A stretch of DNA of 63,935 nucleotides, filler included, from Olpidium bornovanus S191 (GCA_017911155.1; 31 parts of 31 records of this genome joined end to end with filler, not necessarily neighbours in it), one strand, 5' to 3'. Shown: positions 48,560 to 62,514, counted from the first letter of the whole stretch. The notes: generated from the sequence alone by a model not told the origin. Program-made: numbers and translations.

Positions 48560-49128
48560 CACACACCGCAGGGCAAAAAGAGCTCACCGGTGGTGACGCC
48601 ACACCCGACAGCTTTTCGATAGGGCGTGAGACGACGTTTCGGCGCATTCTGCTGATGATGCGTTTGGCAGCTTGGTGCGGAAGACTTAATATTTTGCCGC
48701 GTCAGTCTCAGGAGGGCAGCACTTCGCAATCACGCCCTTGTCACTTGCCGTATGATTTGATGGCACGTGTTTGGCTGCTGGAAAATTGCCGCCATGNNNN
48801 NNNNNNNNNNNNNNNNNNNNNNNNNNNNNNNNNNNNNNNNTTAATTAATTAANNNNNNNNNNNNNNNNNNNNNNNNNNNNNNNNNNNNNNNNNNNNAAAA
48901 AAAAAATAAAAAAAAAAATAAAAACACGCCGAAAAAACCGCCGCTTCCTGGCCCACGCTCCCACACGCACACACGCGCACACACACACGCCCATTTTCCC
49001 CCTGCCCTGCGGGCCTCGAAAGTCGCCGCTGAGTTGCCCGCTTGCTCCCGTTTCCCGCGCTCCGCCTGTGCCCGTGCCCGCCCCGTTTCCCGCCTTCTTG
49101 CCCCAGCCCCCCCCCCCCGAGCCCCGCC

Positions 49129-50947
49129 ATGTCCGACGGTGCCGCGCAGGACGAGACTCCAAACGTCCTCGGAATCTCCCTGGGCTCCGCGTACTCGGCC
49201 ATCGCCGTCCTGGACAGGGAGGGGAGGGCCACCTGCATTGCCAACGAGGACGGCGACAGGCAGACCCCGTCCTACGTCGCCTTTTTGGCCGAGGAGGAGG
49301 TACGGCCTTGCTCTCCATCCGGAGCGGCGCTCTCGTTCGGTGGGGCCGACTCTTTGCTGACCAAAAGGCCTTCCAGTTTGCCGGGACGCAAGCAAAGGCA
49401 CAGGCCGTCCGCAACCCCGCCAACACCATTACGCGGTTCCGGAACCTGTTGGGACGTTCGTTCGACGACCCGGTCGTCAGGAAAGCGGCGGGGCTCTCGC
49501 GGGCGAAGCTCGTCGAGGCTGCGGACGGCAGGCCCGCGTATGTGGTGCAGTGCCGCGGGGAGGAGCTGCAAGTGACGCCCCGGGACGCCATGGCAAAGCT
49601 GCTTGTGCAGCTGAGGTCGTCCGCCGAGGCCTACACGGGGCGTCCCGTCACGGGCGCCGTGCTGGCGGTTCCTGCCAACGCGTCGGATGCCTATCGAGCA
49701 GAGCTGGCCTCAGCTGCGCGGGAGGCGGGCGTGACGGTGCTCCGCGTGGTGTCGGAACCGGCCGCGGCGGCGTTGGCCTTCGGTGGTAGCGCAGACGTGC
49801 GTTCCTCGAGCCCAGGCGGCGACCGTAACATCGCTGTCGTGGATCTCGGCGCAGCGGGCTTCGACGTCTCGGTGTTGGCCGTGCGCGGCGGCATTTACAC
49901 GACCCTGGCCGCAGCGCACGACGACACCGTCGGCGGCGATGCAATCGACGAATTGCTAGTAAAGCACTTTGCGTCCGAATTCAAGCGCAAGAACGCGCGC
50001 GACTGCGACACCCTGGACCCTAAAGCCTCCTCCAAACTCAGGAACGCCGTCGAGGTCACCAAGAAGACCCTCACCCTTTCAGCCTCCGCCGCCTGCCACG
50101 TCGAAGCCCTTGCTGACGGGATCGACTTCTCGACCAACCTCAACAAGCTTCGCTTTGACATGCTCACCGCGAAAGTATTCGCCAAGTGCGCGGACATTGT
50201 CGAAGAAACCGCGAAGAAGGCAGGACTCAAGCCGACGGAAGTAGACGAGGTACGTACTACGTGTCCCGTAGCGATGTCTTGGAGGGGGGGGCCAGTTGCG
50301 ACGACTTTTCAGTAATCTGTCCCTCTTTGGCGACCTCGCTGCTCCAGATCCTTCTTGTGGGTGGCTGCAGCCGTATCCCCAAGCTGATCTCGAAACTGCG
50401 AGGCGTCTTTGCGGCGAGCAAGATTCGCAACGACGTGGAAAGCGATGAGGCAATCGCCTGCGGTTGCGCAGCTGAGGCCGCTCTTCTTGCCGTGCTGCCA
50501 GACGCGGAGCTAACCCTCACCGACGCGGATACCCTCGCCCCCCACCTGAAGGTGTCACTCTGCCTTCAAAACGCCGACGGAAACTTGGTTCGCGTGGTTC
50601 GCAGCGACACCCCGTTACCCGTCATGCGATCCGTGACCTTTCGCAAAACCGCCGACCAGACGGCGGTGTATATCGCTGTGTACGAGGGCGAGCCGCCCGC
50701 CCCTGCCGACTCGCGCGAGACCGAAGGTGGGGACGAAGACGTCGTGGAGCGGAAGGAGGACGGGAAGGAGGACCCGTGCACCCCTCCGCACCGAGAGCTC
50801 GTGGCGGAGCTGGTGTTGGACTTGCTCCCTCAAGGCAAGGAGACGTCGATAGAGGTCATTTTCAACGTCGACGCAAAGGGCTTGCTTAAAGTTACAGCTA
50901 GGAGCACGGATGGGAAGACGGTGAGCGCTAGCGTTGCGGCAAGATGA
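49129..50947 (+). CDS. SSZ1: Ribosome-associated complex Hsp70 Ssz1/HSPA14, complete (exons 49129-49299, 49377-50249, 50348-50947)
   Basis: CIANEDGDRQTPSYVAF, QAKAQAVRNPANTI, VVDLG, GGDAIDELLVKHFASEFKRK; shortened C-terminus without lid, typical of Ssz1. Confidence 0.9.
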
Positions 50948-51973
50948 GGTCGCAGCGGAGGGGTGTGTGATACCTTGCAATCGACGGACAATTCATGAGG
51001 ATGGGGGGTAATCCGACGGAACATTGCCGCTGTAAAATAGAAGTTCCATTCGCATGTTTTAGTCTCGAACAGAGCCATTTCATACTCCGTTTTAGTGGTG
51101 TTATTTGTGAACAGAAAGAATGACCTGCAGTGTGTAGAACAAGTACATTGGGGACATCGTGCCCCCCGGCAACGTGGAGTCGGAAGACCGCGCCTTTGCG
51201 GGCTAATTTCGAAATCCATCTGCAGGTCGTTAATCACAATTCCGGATCCGCAATGTTGCGTTTGGGAAGTCACAGGCGGTTCCCTTAGAAAGACATCGTC
51301 AGCCGTGTCGCGGCCCGCGTCGTCTGACATTCTTCAACATACGCTCTGAAGCTACTCCCCGAAGCGGCGGGGCTGGTGCCAAGGTCATCCGCGATATTTT
51401 TCGGTGTTCAAGGTCACCGAGTTAATGTATGCCATTTGTGCGCCCCCCCCCCTCCCTCCCGCTTTTGGCCCTGTTTTTCCTTAGCCGAGCGGGGAGCGCG
51501 CAGAGCGAAACCGAGCAGCTTGGGGGGTCGTCACTGTATGAGCGCTGCAATGTAAATAATGCCAAGCTTTTTGTACGCATCGTGCATTCTTTCTCAGCGG
51601 CGATGTTGCTCCTTTCGTGTATTCCTCTTTTGTCAATCGCCGTCGCAACCTCCTTTCCCACCGATTGCCTCCTTTGGTTCTCCGTCTTCAGTTCCGCAGT
51701 TCTATCAAGAGGAGTGTCGTAGATTGATTGATTTTTTTCCCGCGCATAACTCACTCCGCGGAAACGTACGCCAGAACTCCGACAAACAAACAAATGGGAA
51801 AGGGGCACACTCCCCCCCCCCCCCCCCCCCCCTCTTCCCCGCCCCCCCCCCCCCCCCCACCCGCCCCCCCCCCNNNNNNNNNNNNNNNNNNNNNNNNNNN
51901 NNNNNNNNNNNNNNNNNTTAATTAATTAANNNNNNNNNNNNNNNNNNNNNNNNNNNNNNNNNNNNNNNNNNNN

Positions 51974-53417
51974 CACGCCAAAGTCTGCCTTATCTCCAGC
52001 TTTTGCGCCCCCAACCTCGAAGAACAGAGGGGCGGCGCACGTTATGTTACCAAGCGCGGACCAGAAGTACTTTATAATGAAGTCTTCGAGCATGGAGTGG
52101 GGAACGCGCATTTTGAATATGCGGTTGATATGCCTGATAAGGCGGAAGTAGTTTATGTCGAGGCCGTGCTTCTCGATCGCCTCGCCGCTGTACAGCGCCA
52201 CTTCTTCGGCGTTCTCGATGAGTCGCGAGTGGTTGAACCGAAACTCGCCCTCCAGCCTCTGCTCCTCAGCCACCATTTTTCCAAACGGTGGCGTCAGCTT
52301 GCGGAGTAGCACGGATGACAATTGGCCGATGAGCATCACGGCCGTGAGCGACTCGCCGCCAACGGCCCTGGCCAGTTGGTAATTATAAATGATCACGTCA
52401 AGCACCGGCTTCGCCAAGTTCGAATACAGAGCGGACAACGAGATGCAGAACTTGTTGACGTCCACAGTGATGCACTGATCGGCATTTTTGATGCGGTCAT
52501 CGAGGTTGCCGACGGCGTAGAATGTCATGTCGCTCATGTATTGTTCGTGTATGTGGTGCGTGAGGCGGGTCCGGAACTGTATCGCCAGCTTATTTTGCAT
52601 GTAGGTCAGCTGTTGGGATACCGGTTGTCCGGCGGCGGCGACATTTGGATAGTTCGTGAGCACCATAACACTGCTGCAAAAGGTCGGGTGAAAACAAAAA
52701 TGCAAGAGAACCGGGCATGCCCGGCAGTCGCCAAGACATGCGAGGCAGGAGCCGGATACCTACCATGCTATTGGTGTAAGTCGCCGGTATCGCGACTGCC
52801 ATCCACCAGAATATACCAGTGACAAAGTCTCTGCCGCGCCCGCGGACGAGCGCGCTGATTATCCGCCCATCTAGGGCGGCAACGTAAACGGACACGATCG
52901 TCCTGAACACCAAGAACCCGGAGTGTACGACCAGCAGCAAGAATTCCTTGGATCTCAGCCCGGGTATCACCACTTTTAGCAGCCGCCGAAGTCGCCCAAA
53001 AAATACGCGGTCGACCTGCGACGGTGCGTGAAGCGGTCAGGCAAAATGCGTGGATTTCCGAAGCGGACAGCGGAGCGGGCTCATTCACACCTCGACGCGT
53101 TGACTCGCTAGTCCCGACTTTGCGGCGAAATCCTTGCGCTCTTTTCTGCGCGCTCGCCCACTCAGGATCTTGCTCGCCAAGCCAAGGACCACCGCCATCA
53201 TTACGAAGCGTTTGACATTCTGGCGATTTCGCATATACTCGCGAGCTACCTGTGCAAGTTGTGCGGGTCTCGTCAGCGCTCGAGCGACGACCTTTTTATC
53301 ATGAGACAAAGCTGCCAAGTCACCGAGGAAAACGAACGAAAGGCGCACCTTAACGAAGAATTCGGGCACCGGCAGCGTCTGCGGTGTTCCCACCGCCGAG
53401 TTGGCCAGTGGTGTCAT
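51974..53417 (-). CDS. Peroxisomal ABCD-family half transporter (Pxa/PMP70-like), 5' part with transmembrane domain
   Basis: [34 protein letters not shown]|[58 protein letters not shown] (EAA motif). Confidence 0.93.
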
Positions 53418-53877
53418 CTTTACGGCGGAGTTCTGGAGGTTACCGGGCGCGCAGCGGCGATCTCAAAGTGTCCGCTCGCCCTCGAGTGTACAACTCGCCC
53501 TCGGACAGAGTCTCGGCACCGACCGGAGGGCAGTTTGGTGTCGCTGCGGGAAAGCGGGGTGAGGATAAGGGGTGGAGGGGGGAGGTCGCGGGCGTGTCTT
53601 TCACGCGCGCGACACACGGAGGCCGCCGCCACGCCTGCCGGGCGGGCGAAACCCGGCAGGCGGCCAAGCAGAAGGCGGCCGGAGAACGTGTGCGCTTTAG
53701 GCCGCAGGAGCGGCGGCCGACGAAGGCGGCGGCGGCGACTGCGGCGCAGACGCCGAGCGCGGAGGGCGGACGGGCCGGCGAGGCGAGGCGACAGCGGCGG
53801 GTGACGCAGGCCGCGTTTTTGAGCGGCGCGCGCCGGCTGGCCGAGCCCCGTTCCCCCGCGCCGCCGGGCCCATCCTT

Positions 53878-53928
<51 letters not shown>

Positions 53929-54058
53929 ACCCCCCCCCCCCCCCCGCCGCGCCCCCGCNNNNNNNNNNNNNNNNNNNNNNNNNNNNNNNNNNNNNNNNNN
54001 NNTTAATTAATTAANNNNNNNNNNNNNNNNNNNNNNNNNNNNNNNNNNNNNNNNNNNN

Positions 54059-54727
54059 CCTGATGAAGAGTGTTAGCAACGAAGCTGACTTTCTCAGATT
54101 AGGTTAGCCCATTTGGGTCACACGTCGCGGCGGATGAGGGGAGTCAGCTAATGCGTCTTTCCGGTTGCCCTAAACCATGACGACAGCCCGTGACGTGCTC
54201 GGAGAAAATAGTAAAGCGGATGGTGACGTCATGTGCTTAACCGACATCTGCCGAGTGTCACTTAATTGTCCGGGAAGCCTTGCGAGGATGAAAATCCCGA
54301 TACGAGGGAAGGATTGCAAGGTACGGGCGCGTGGCAGTCCAGTCCGTTGCAACGGAAAAGGCCAAAACATCCCCACTGCATCGGCGGCTGAAGCCGCGTT
54401 CCTGCCTCTGGCGGTGTTACCCGCCAATCTCAGCACCTCCAGTGTTTCGACCTCGACACGTTCGTTGCGCTGAACGCACAGCGCCCGAGTTGGAAATGTC
54501 TCCATTGCGACAACCAGCTCCAGGCGGCGGACGTGGTCGTAGACAAGCACATGATGAACATCCTCGAACAGACCGACGCGGAGTACGTCGTTGTGCACAG
54601 AGACGGGCGGGGGACGCCCGCCACCGACGACGCGCGGTCGAGCAAGAGCAACTGGGCTCACCCCGATCGCGACGGCAAGGGCGGAGGAAACGGGGACGCG
54701 GGAAAAGACGTCATTATCATCGAGTAG
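54059..54727 (+). CDS. SP-RING (MIZ) zinc-finger SUMO E3 ligase-like protein (Siz/PIAS family), 3' part
   Basis: VSLNCPGSLARMKIPIRGKDCK|HLQCFDLDTFVALNAQRPSWKCLHC; C-terminal SIM-like DVIIIE*. Exons 54059-about 54104, 54187-54320, 54434-54727. Confidence 0.88.
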
Positions 54728-55286
54728 ACCTTCTTCGCGCTCTTGCAAAGTGGCCTTCGGGCTTTCGTCGCCCGCACGGCGCCGGAATTGCGCATCGCAC
54801 CAAAAACGTTGCCTGATTTGACCCCGCCGGCATTTTCCTTCGCGCGGCGTTCCATATAGCCGTTCGATTTTGAGCTCGGATTTGCTAGGAGAGTTGGAGT
54901 ATTTTTCCCAGCAAATACTTGTACAATACTGCAAAAGAGATGCATAGCTTTTTAACCTTCTTCCTGCTTCTTTGCTGGCCACAACTCAGCAGACACACAA
55001 TTCTGGGCCGGTGGAGGAGGGTCGCTTTGCTCCTCCGCCCGCCGCCCCGCTCCCGCTTTTTTACATTTATTTAGTTTATTTATTATTGATTTTTTTTTTC
55101 CCAGGTCGAGCAGGGTGGAAACCCTTCCCCGTCTAATGAATCCCTCTCCCCGTCAGCCCGTTCCCCCCCCCCACACTTCCCCCACAGACACACACTAACA
55201 CCCTCCCATCCCCGCCACTCCCCCGCTTAACACCCGGCTGCTTTTGGGGGAAAGCGGTTTCCCGAGATCAAGAGACCTCTGCCGCG

Positions 55287-56396
55287 ATGGCTACGCTCCA
55301 CAGGCGGATACGCAACTCGCTCTCCAAGCTCGACGCTTTCCCGAAGACCGAGGCCACCTACCAGACCCGGACATCCTCTGGCGGCCTGCTCACCATCGTG
55401 CTCTCCGGCTTCCTGCTCGTGCTAGCCATGTCCGAGTTCGCCGACTACCGCCGCCTTGAGCAGAAGTACGAGTTCCTCGTCGACCAGTCGGCCGGGAGCA
55501 GCAGCACCGCGTCGAAACTGCAGGTCAACGTCGACTTGACCATCGCCATGAAATGCGAATGTGCGTCCCTTTCGCCTCGCAGTAACAGCGGAAGCTTTAC
55601 CGGTTCGCCCTGTGTTCCCCCCCACCGAAAAAGATTTTTGGGAAGAGGGTGGCTTGGTAAGGGGGGTGGATTTCCCTCGCCTACTGACGACTTTACCCAC
55701 GGCATGCTTCCCGTGCGCCTGGTAGACATGACGGTGGACGTAACGGACGTCGGCGGATCTTCCTTGCACGTGAAGGAGGCCCTGCGAATGGTGCCGGTGA
55801 GTGCTCCTTTTACCGTTTAAGTCTTACATTCGCCTTTCGTCCAGTACGCAAGCGGGCGGACCCTCCTTAGAAAACCGTTCTGATTTGTTTTTTTTTTTGG
55901 GGGGGGGGGCGTTTCTCTCTCAATTATTTTTGCATTGCGGTGTGGCGGCGGCGCGCGGTTCTTAGGCAGACTTCACCAAAGGCAGGGCTCATCAGCTTGG
56001 GTATGTCACTGGACATGGTTTCTTGGCCGGTGTAGCGAGGGTAGAAAACAAAATTAGTTGACGGCGGAGGTTTTCACCCTGTCAGGCAAGAATCGCAAGA
56101 TGCGCTCAATGTCCGCCGGTTAATAAAAGACGCTCAACGTCCGTCGCCCAGAGAAGGCGGCTGTGAGTGTTCACGGTTTGCGGTCCTCTTGCGCACGCAC
56201 GTTGAGAAATTGACGTTTGGTAAACGGCCACCGGTTTTTAAAGACGATTCATATAGCGATGCTGCAGCGAAGTCCGGGTGCCGCGTTTACGGTTCGTTCG
56301 ATGTGAACAAGGTCATGGGGAACCTTCACATAACTGCTCTCGGTCACGGATACGGCGGGCAACACGTCCCACATGAAGCAATCAACTTCACTCACA
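55287..56396 (+). CDS. ERV41: ER-Golgi vesicle protein Erv41/ERGIC2, 5' part, multi-exon
   Basis: LSKLDAFPKTE..YQTRTSSGGLLT, EFLVD, LQVNVDLTIAMKC, GCRVYGSFDVNKVMGNLHITALGHGY, INFTH. Confidence 0.9.
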
Positions 56397-56841
56397 NNNN
56401 NNNNNNNNNNNNNNNNNNNNNNNNNNNNNNNNNNNNNNNNTTAATTAATTAANNNNNNNNNNNNNNNNNNNNNNNNNNNNNNNNNNNNNNNNNNNNCCGA
56501 CTCGGGGATGCTTGGAACCTAATGGGGCATAGTGTCGCCCAGAAAAAAGTTCGAACTTCCAGACGCTTGCGGGACGCTTACACCCGGAAGACAAGAGGTT
56601 CAAAATGCATTCATGGCCAAAAGAATAAAATTCCAACCCGCCCGTCGAGCTGATGTTGAGTCTTTGTATGCGATGGGCATTTCCAAACACAAAAAAATTT
56701 ACTTGGAAAATACAACCAACTGAAATGCCGGTACCGCTAAATGGAGGGGGGGAGGGGGGGGGGGAAGTGTGGCGAGGAATGGCGAATTATGGCGTGGCAA
56801 AAAAAAAAAAAAAATGATCGCTTTTTCCTGCGTGACGCATC

Positions 56842-57816
56842 CTAAGCGGAGACCTTGAGATAATAGTCGTTGTCGACGAAATAGCAGGAAACCTTAACAT
56901 CGTCCGGCGGCTCTTCACCTGGTACGGGACGGAGGTGGTAGAAAGTGTGAGGCACGAGCGCCGGATTCTCCGCGGTCGACGCTAGCGCGCGTATGCAAAA
57001 CGGGGCCTCACCGGGGGCAACCTTGCGGTAGCGGCGAATATCCGAGAACAGCGAAACCGGTTTGGGACGCACGAAGACGGTGCGGCGGAGGACGCGGCGG
57101 TAGACCATCTCGGTCAGGACGTCGCGCAGCTCAAGGCGGGACATGGCCGAAGAGAGCTTCCGGTACAAACTCGCCTCCGTGATCCCAGGTCGGCTCATGA
57201 CGTGACCGAGCGTCGCTTCCATGCAGCTGCGGAAAAGGACGTTGCTGCGGTGTCCCGTGATGTCGATCCACAACCTCGGCGGAGAAAAATCTACCACCTT
57301 CTCTTCGTCATGAGGGGTGACGTCCGCGATGCGCATTTTGCTGGAAGCGCCGGGGCCGCCCAGAGAGGACGCCGGATGCGCAGACGCCAAGCCCAACTCG
57401 TCAGACAGGTCATGGGTGTCCGTCCGAACCCACCAAACGCCCACGAATTGTGAAGATGCGAAGCGCTGCGAATTCACGCCACAGCAGATAACGGGAGCAT
57501 GAGGGTCCCCGCCGCTACCGGACGCGGTGCAACTCTCCAGTAGAGCGCGCAATTCCTCAGCAGACATGTCTGGGAATTCCCGCCGCACTCTGATCTACAA
57601 CAACAAGCCCATACGCCACTGGTCAATAAAGAAAACTCGAACGGTAGCAGCTTCATGTATCTTTGCTAATCCGGGACGTGTTCATACCAGGAGTTCATGG
57701 ATGTTGATCCCCTCGGCGCCGGCATTCGCGACAGTCTTCACTACAACATCCGTCCTGTGCCGGGAGTCGCGCATCCACCTTCCGGGGTCCGGAATGGTAT
57801 TCCCGCTCGTCAGCCG
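56842..57816 (-). CDS. TFC3: TFIIIC tau138/Tfc3 (Sfc3)-like subunit, C-terminal winged-helix region
   Basis: LWIDITG..SNVLFRSCMEATLGHVMSRPGITEASLYRKL..AMSRLELRDVL...PKPVSLFSD; one intron at about 57598-57687. Confidence 0.65.
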
Positions 57817-57982
57817 NNNNNNNNNNNNNNNNNNNNNNNNNNNNNNNNNNNNNNNNNNNNTTAATTAATTAANNNNNNNNNNNNNNNNNNNNNNNNNNNN
57901 NNNNNNNNNNNNNNNNCCAATGCCCCCCGGCGAGGAGACACCGGCAGGCAGAGGCAACAAAGAGTGGGGGGAAGCAGGGAGG

Positions 57983-58017
<35 letters not shown>

Positions 58018-58213
58018 AAAACAAAACCGGAAACATCCAGGGTCGGACGGGTTTGGGAGATTGCCCGTCTAGAGACCTCCGTCATTCGCGCGGGCTGCGC
58101 TCCGGCGGTAACCGGGACAGTCCGGTTTGCGGCGAGCCCATCGAACGCCGGTCGCTTCCGTTATTTTCACTGTTTTACGTTGCCTACGCGGAATTTCCTA
58201 TTTCTTCTCTGCT

Positions 58214-58250
<37 letters not shown>

Positions 58251-59046
58251 GTTAACCCCACCCTTCATTTATTTACTGGTCGGTCAATGCCGACGCGGGG
58301 GACCGTCGATCGCACACACCTCTCAATTTGTTTTCCGAGCATTAGAACCCCCCGCTCGTTATTTTACGTGTACGCCGGATTTCCCTCACGACACCGACAA
58401 ACGATCTCCCTCCCCCCCGCATAAACCGGCGTGGATACAGGATTTTTAAGGACAATTAATTTGAAAGCGCTTCGCGCTTCCCGGTCCCGTCGTCGGCGTG
58501 ATATTTGCGCCGGGTTGAACGGCAAGTCCGGCGGGGAAGGGGAGAGCGGAGAAGGGGGTGGAAGGGCTTGAAGTGCCGCAGGCCGCAGGGCGTGCTTAAT
58601 TAAGGAAAGCCGCGGGAGGCCGCATTTCGGACGGCACTGCAGGCGGCGGGCGGAGCTCCGGGTTCTTGCAATGTGGCCGGCAACAGGGCCGGGGTCACCC
58701 CCAAAGTGACCCTTGTTCAGCACCTGAGGAACCGACCTGGTCAAGTGTCCTGCTGGATGTCCCAAATTCACGCGATGCAGGTCTGGCACCTTTTCCACCT
58801 GGCGCTGAAGGAAAAGTGAGACATCAAAAAACATCACCGTTTCCCTACGCGCCGAGCCCGGCACTTCGCTGTGGAAAGGGATCATCTCCCAGCGGGGCAG
58901 CGTCTCGATTTGGCAAAGAAAAACAAAAAAAAATAGTCCACATGAANNNNNNNNNNNNNNNNNNNNNNNNNNNNNNNNNNNNNNNNNNNNTTAATTAATT
59001 AANNNNNNNNNNNNNNNNNNNNNNNNNNNNNNNNNNNNNNNNNNNN

Positions 59047-59876
59047 CATGGACCAGTTGATGAGATCTGATGAGGTAATTAATGTGCAAAGCAGATATTC
59101 CGCCTTAGAACGAATTTGCTTGTTGCGATATTCTGCAGAACGGAGGCCATCGTATGCGTCTCCGATATGCCTTCTTTTTTATTTATACATAGAATAACTC
59201 GCAGTAAATAATGTCAGAAGAATGTCGCGATTGGGCTTTTCCGTTCCGTTTTTAAATTTTCATATCTCCCCAATGTAGATGGCGGAAGATGTCAAGCTGT
59301 CAGACGAGCAACTGAGAGATATTCGAGAAGCGCTCGCCGTTCTATCCTCGAAGTCAGCCGTTGAGTCGGAGCGGCAGCGGTTGGCCGAGATTATAGAGGT
59401 TCGCGAAGATTACAAGGAGGTTTGTCTGGACGTATGGTCTTTCGCTTTAGTCCTCAAGCTGCGTTCTGACGTACGCCTTTCTTTTTGCCATCTCGATATT
59501 CTGGCACCGCGCTACGTCACAAAAGGACATAGAAGAGTTGAAAAACGCGGAGCGCACGGAGTCCAAAGCGTCAACTCGCCTTGGTGCGCGGTTGGAGAAG
59601 TTGATACAAAAGCTGGATATCGAGCTACGACAGTACAACACCGAGGTTGGCAGCCGGGTGGACCTCGCGTTGGTCAACCAGGACGGACAAGTGTCGGTAG
59701 AAGAGCTGGAGAAGGCGCTTAAGCTCGTCCGGCACAACCCGCAGGATGACCGCATCCGGGCCATCGCACAGAAGCTCGACAAGGACGGTGATGGCCTGGT
59801 GTTCCTCAAGGATCTCCAAGAGATCGCCCAGGAGGCCGAAGGTCATGGAGTCGTCGTGGAGAAAAACGAGTTTTAG
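59047..59876 (+). CDS. MDM38: LETM1/Mdm38-family mitochondrial protein, C-terminal part with EF-hand-like loops
   Basis: LAVLSSKSAVESERQRL, ASTRLGARLEKLIQKLD, NQDGQVSVEEL, IAQKLDKDGDGLVFLKDL. Confidence 0.85.
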
Positions 59877-60848
59877 TAGGAATGCACGGGAGGATATGGA
59901 TAATATGATGTGGAGATTGTGGTGGTAATGGTCGCCGGCAGGAGCAGGTGGTGCGGGTTCCACCACCATTCGAGCACAGTAGCCGTGGTAAATGCTTAGA
60001 CCGCAGTTTACCAGGCCGTTTCGCTTACCAATGGTCACATGGTTTCTAAGGCGGGCAGCCATACAGTAACGACATGGGCACGTAAGCGCGCCCAGCACCC
60101 TCAACACGCGTTTTTGTTTGGTTGCGACCCGTCCCAAACCCTGCTTTCCGTATTTTGCCACCTTGATTTCCTTCGCCGAGCCATTATGGCCCTAAACAGA
60201 AGCCTACCTCAAAGCCCCAAGGTCCAAATTCACTATTCGAGATTATCCGCTACTGGCGCCACCATTACAAAGTAATTGGTAGTGTCGTTTAGATTTTAAC
60301 TGCCTGTTAAGTTCTCTCAATGTGGTTGTCAACCCACGATAAAGCCTGAACGATATTATTTATTTTTCCGTGGTACCATCATTGTGATGCCTGGTTAATC
60401 CTTTAATACGAAGGCAGTAATGATACGCACGTTTGAAGGTAAATTGTTATTCAATAACAGGGAATCAAAAACACCAACGGCAATTACTTTGCCGTTTCGT
60501 TCTACAAGAGAGAAATGCTCCGATTCCAACATCCCAAAGGACGGTTTTCTACGTTTACGAAATTTTTTTTGCATCTCGAATTTCTTTTTCATATTGACGC
60601 AGGACACGTCCGACGATTGCGCAGTCGGTGAGCGCATTTTTTGATGCTGCTGGACACGTTTTTTCGCGAGGTTTTCCGTGTTCGATCCCGTGTGCCGAGG
60701 GTTGAGGGAGCTCGGACGATTTTCACGGTTTGCTTTTTTGATTTTTGCCTGCCTGGAACGGGAAAGGGCGAGACGGCGCGCTGTTTTGCGGAAAAACAGA
60801 GGGCGCGAAGCTGGGAAGGAACTTGCGACGCCCCGCGGTCGCACCGAC

Positions 60849-62514
60849 ATGGCCCTCGCAACGGCGTTGTCGGACTCCTTGCGCCTCGCCGGCCCGTACC
60901 GCCTCCGCCCGGCCCTTGTTGGCCTCGCCGCCGGCTGGCTGTCGGCCGCTTGCCTGTTTGCCCTGCGCGCCCTCGTTGCCTCTGCGCGGGGAGATCGGCG
61001 CCGCCACGGCGGCGGCCAAGGCCGCCCCAGCACCCACGGGAAGTTTCGCGGGCGGCGTGGCGGCGGTGCCAGCGGCGTCGTCGACGGGCTCGCGGAGACC
61101 GTGGGCAACACCCCGCTTGTCCGGATCCGGAGCCTGTCCGAGGCGACCGGGTGCGAGATATTGGTGAGCACTTTTTGTAATAGCTGGTCGTTCACCAACC
61201 CGACGAGGAAGTTCAACCGGCGTTACGATTCCCGAACTAGGCCAAGGCAGAAATGCTTAATCCCGGAGGGTCTTCCAAAGACCGCGTCGCCATCGCAGTG
61301 GTGGAGGAGGCGGAAAGGCGCGGAATGCTCGTCCGCGGACGAGGCGATGTCCTGTGCGAGGGCACAGTCGGGAGCACGGGGATATCGCTTACAATCGTCG
61401 CCAAAGCAAAAGGGTACAAGTGCCACATATGTATGCCGGTACAGTACGCGTTGCGAGATAATTGTGTGTGTAGGCGGTGTTTCTGAGATTGTCAACCGCT
61501 GACATGCTGCCGTTGGACTTTCCGGCTGCACCCGCGAAGTCCGACGTTGCGGTAGAGAAGTCGCAGCTGCTCGAGAAGCTGGGGGCGACGGTTGAGAGGG
61601 GGCCGCCCGTGAGCATCGTCGGAAGGCGGAAGGTCAGCGTAACGCTTCTCCCGCGCCGATGACGCTCGTTGCTGTTTTAGTTGACGTTTTTGCGTTTTTG
61701 GCTCCACTATTCCAGACCCCGGCCATTTCGTTCGCCTCGCTCAGCGCCGCGCGGACGAACTCAACGCCGCGGCTGAGTCTTCTGCGGATCCCGCACGGGC
61801 ACCGCACGCCGTGTTTTGCGACCAGTTTGAGAATCTGGCCAACGTCCGCGCCCACCTGACGACGACGGCGCCGGAAATCTTCTCCCAGACTTCGGACCTC
61901 GGGCCATTCCACGCCCTGGTCCTGGGTGCGGGCACGGGGGGCACCATCGCCGGGTGCGCTCGGTACCTCAAGCCGCGCGTGCCGGGTCTCCGCATCTTCC
62001 TTGCGGACCCGCAGGGCTCAGGGCTCTACCACCGCGTCAAGCACGGGGTCATGTTCTCAAACTACGAGCGTGAAGGCACCAGGCGTCGCCACCAAGTCGA
62101 CACGGTCGTGGAGGGCGTCGGTATCACTCGGATCACCAGGAACATGGCTACAGCACTGGATGCATGCAACTCAAGGTCGTCCGATGCGGACGAGGCTGTC
62201 TTCGCGGCGGAGCACTGCGACGACGTGGCGGAGCAGGTGCCGCAAGCCGCGGGTTGGTCGCGTTGGATAGACGACGCAGTCAAAGTGACCGATCAGGAGG
62301 CTGTGGAGATGTCGCGGTTTCTTGTCAGAGAGGATGGTTGGTTTCTGGCCTTCCAAGTCTCCTTGCCGGCCAGCCGATGGCCCATCGTTTACTGAAAATC
62401 TCAATCCGGCGACCCCGCGCAGGCATTTTTGTTGGGAGCTCATCGGCCGTCAATTGCGTCGCGGCCGTGCGGGTGGCGAGGATGCTAGGCCCGGGCAAGA
62501 TCATTGTCACCATG
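60849..62514 (+). CDS. Cysteine synthase-like PLP enzyme (Mcy1/Cys12 type) with hydrophobic N-terminus, 3'-truncated
   Basis: VGNTPLVRIRSLSEATGCEIL|AKAEMLNPGGSSKDRVA, EGTVGSTGISL, DQFENLAN, GAGTGGTIAG, DPQGSGLY, RRRHQVDTVVEGVG, FVGSSSAVNC. Confidence 0.92.
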
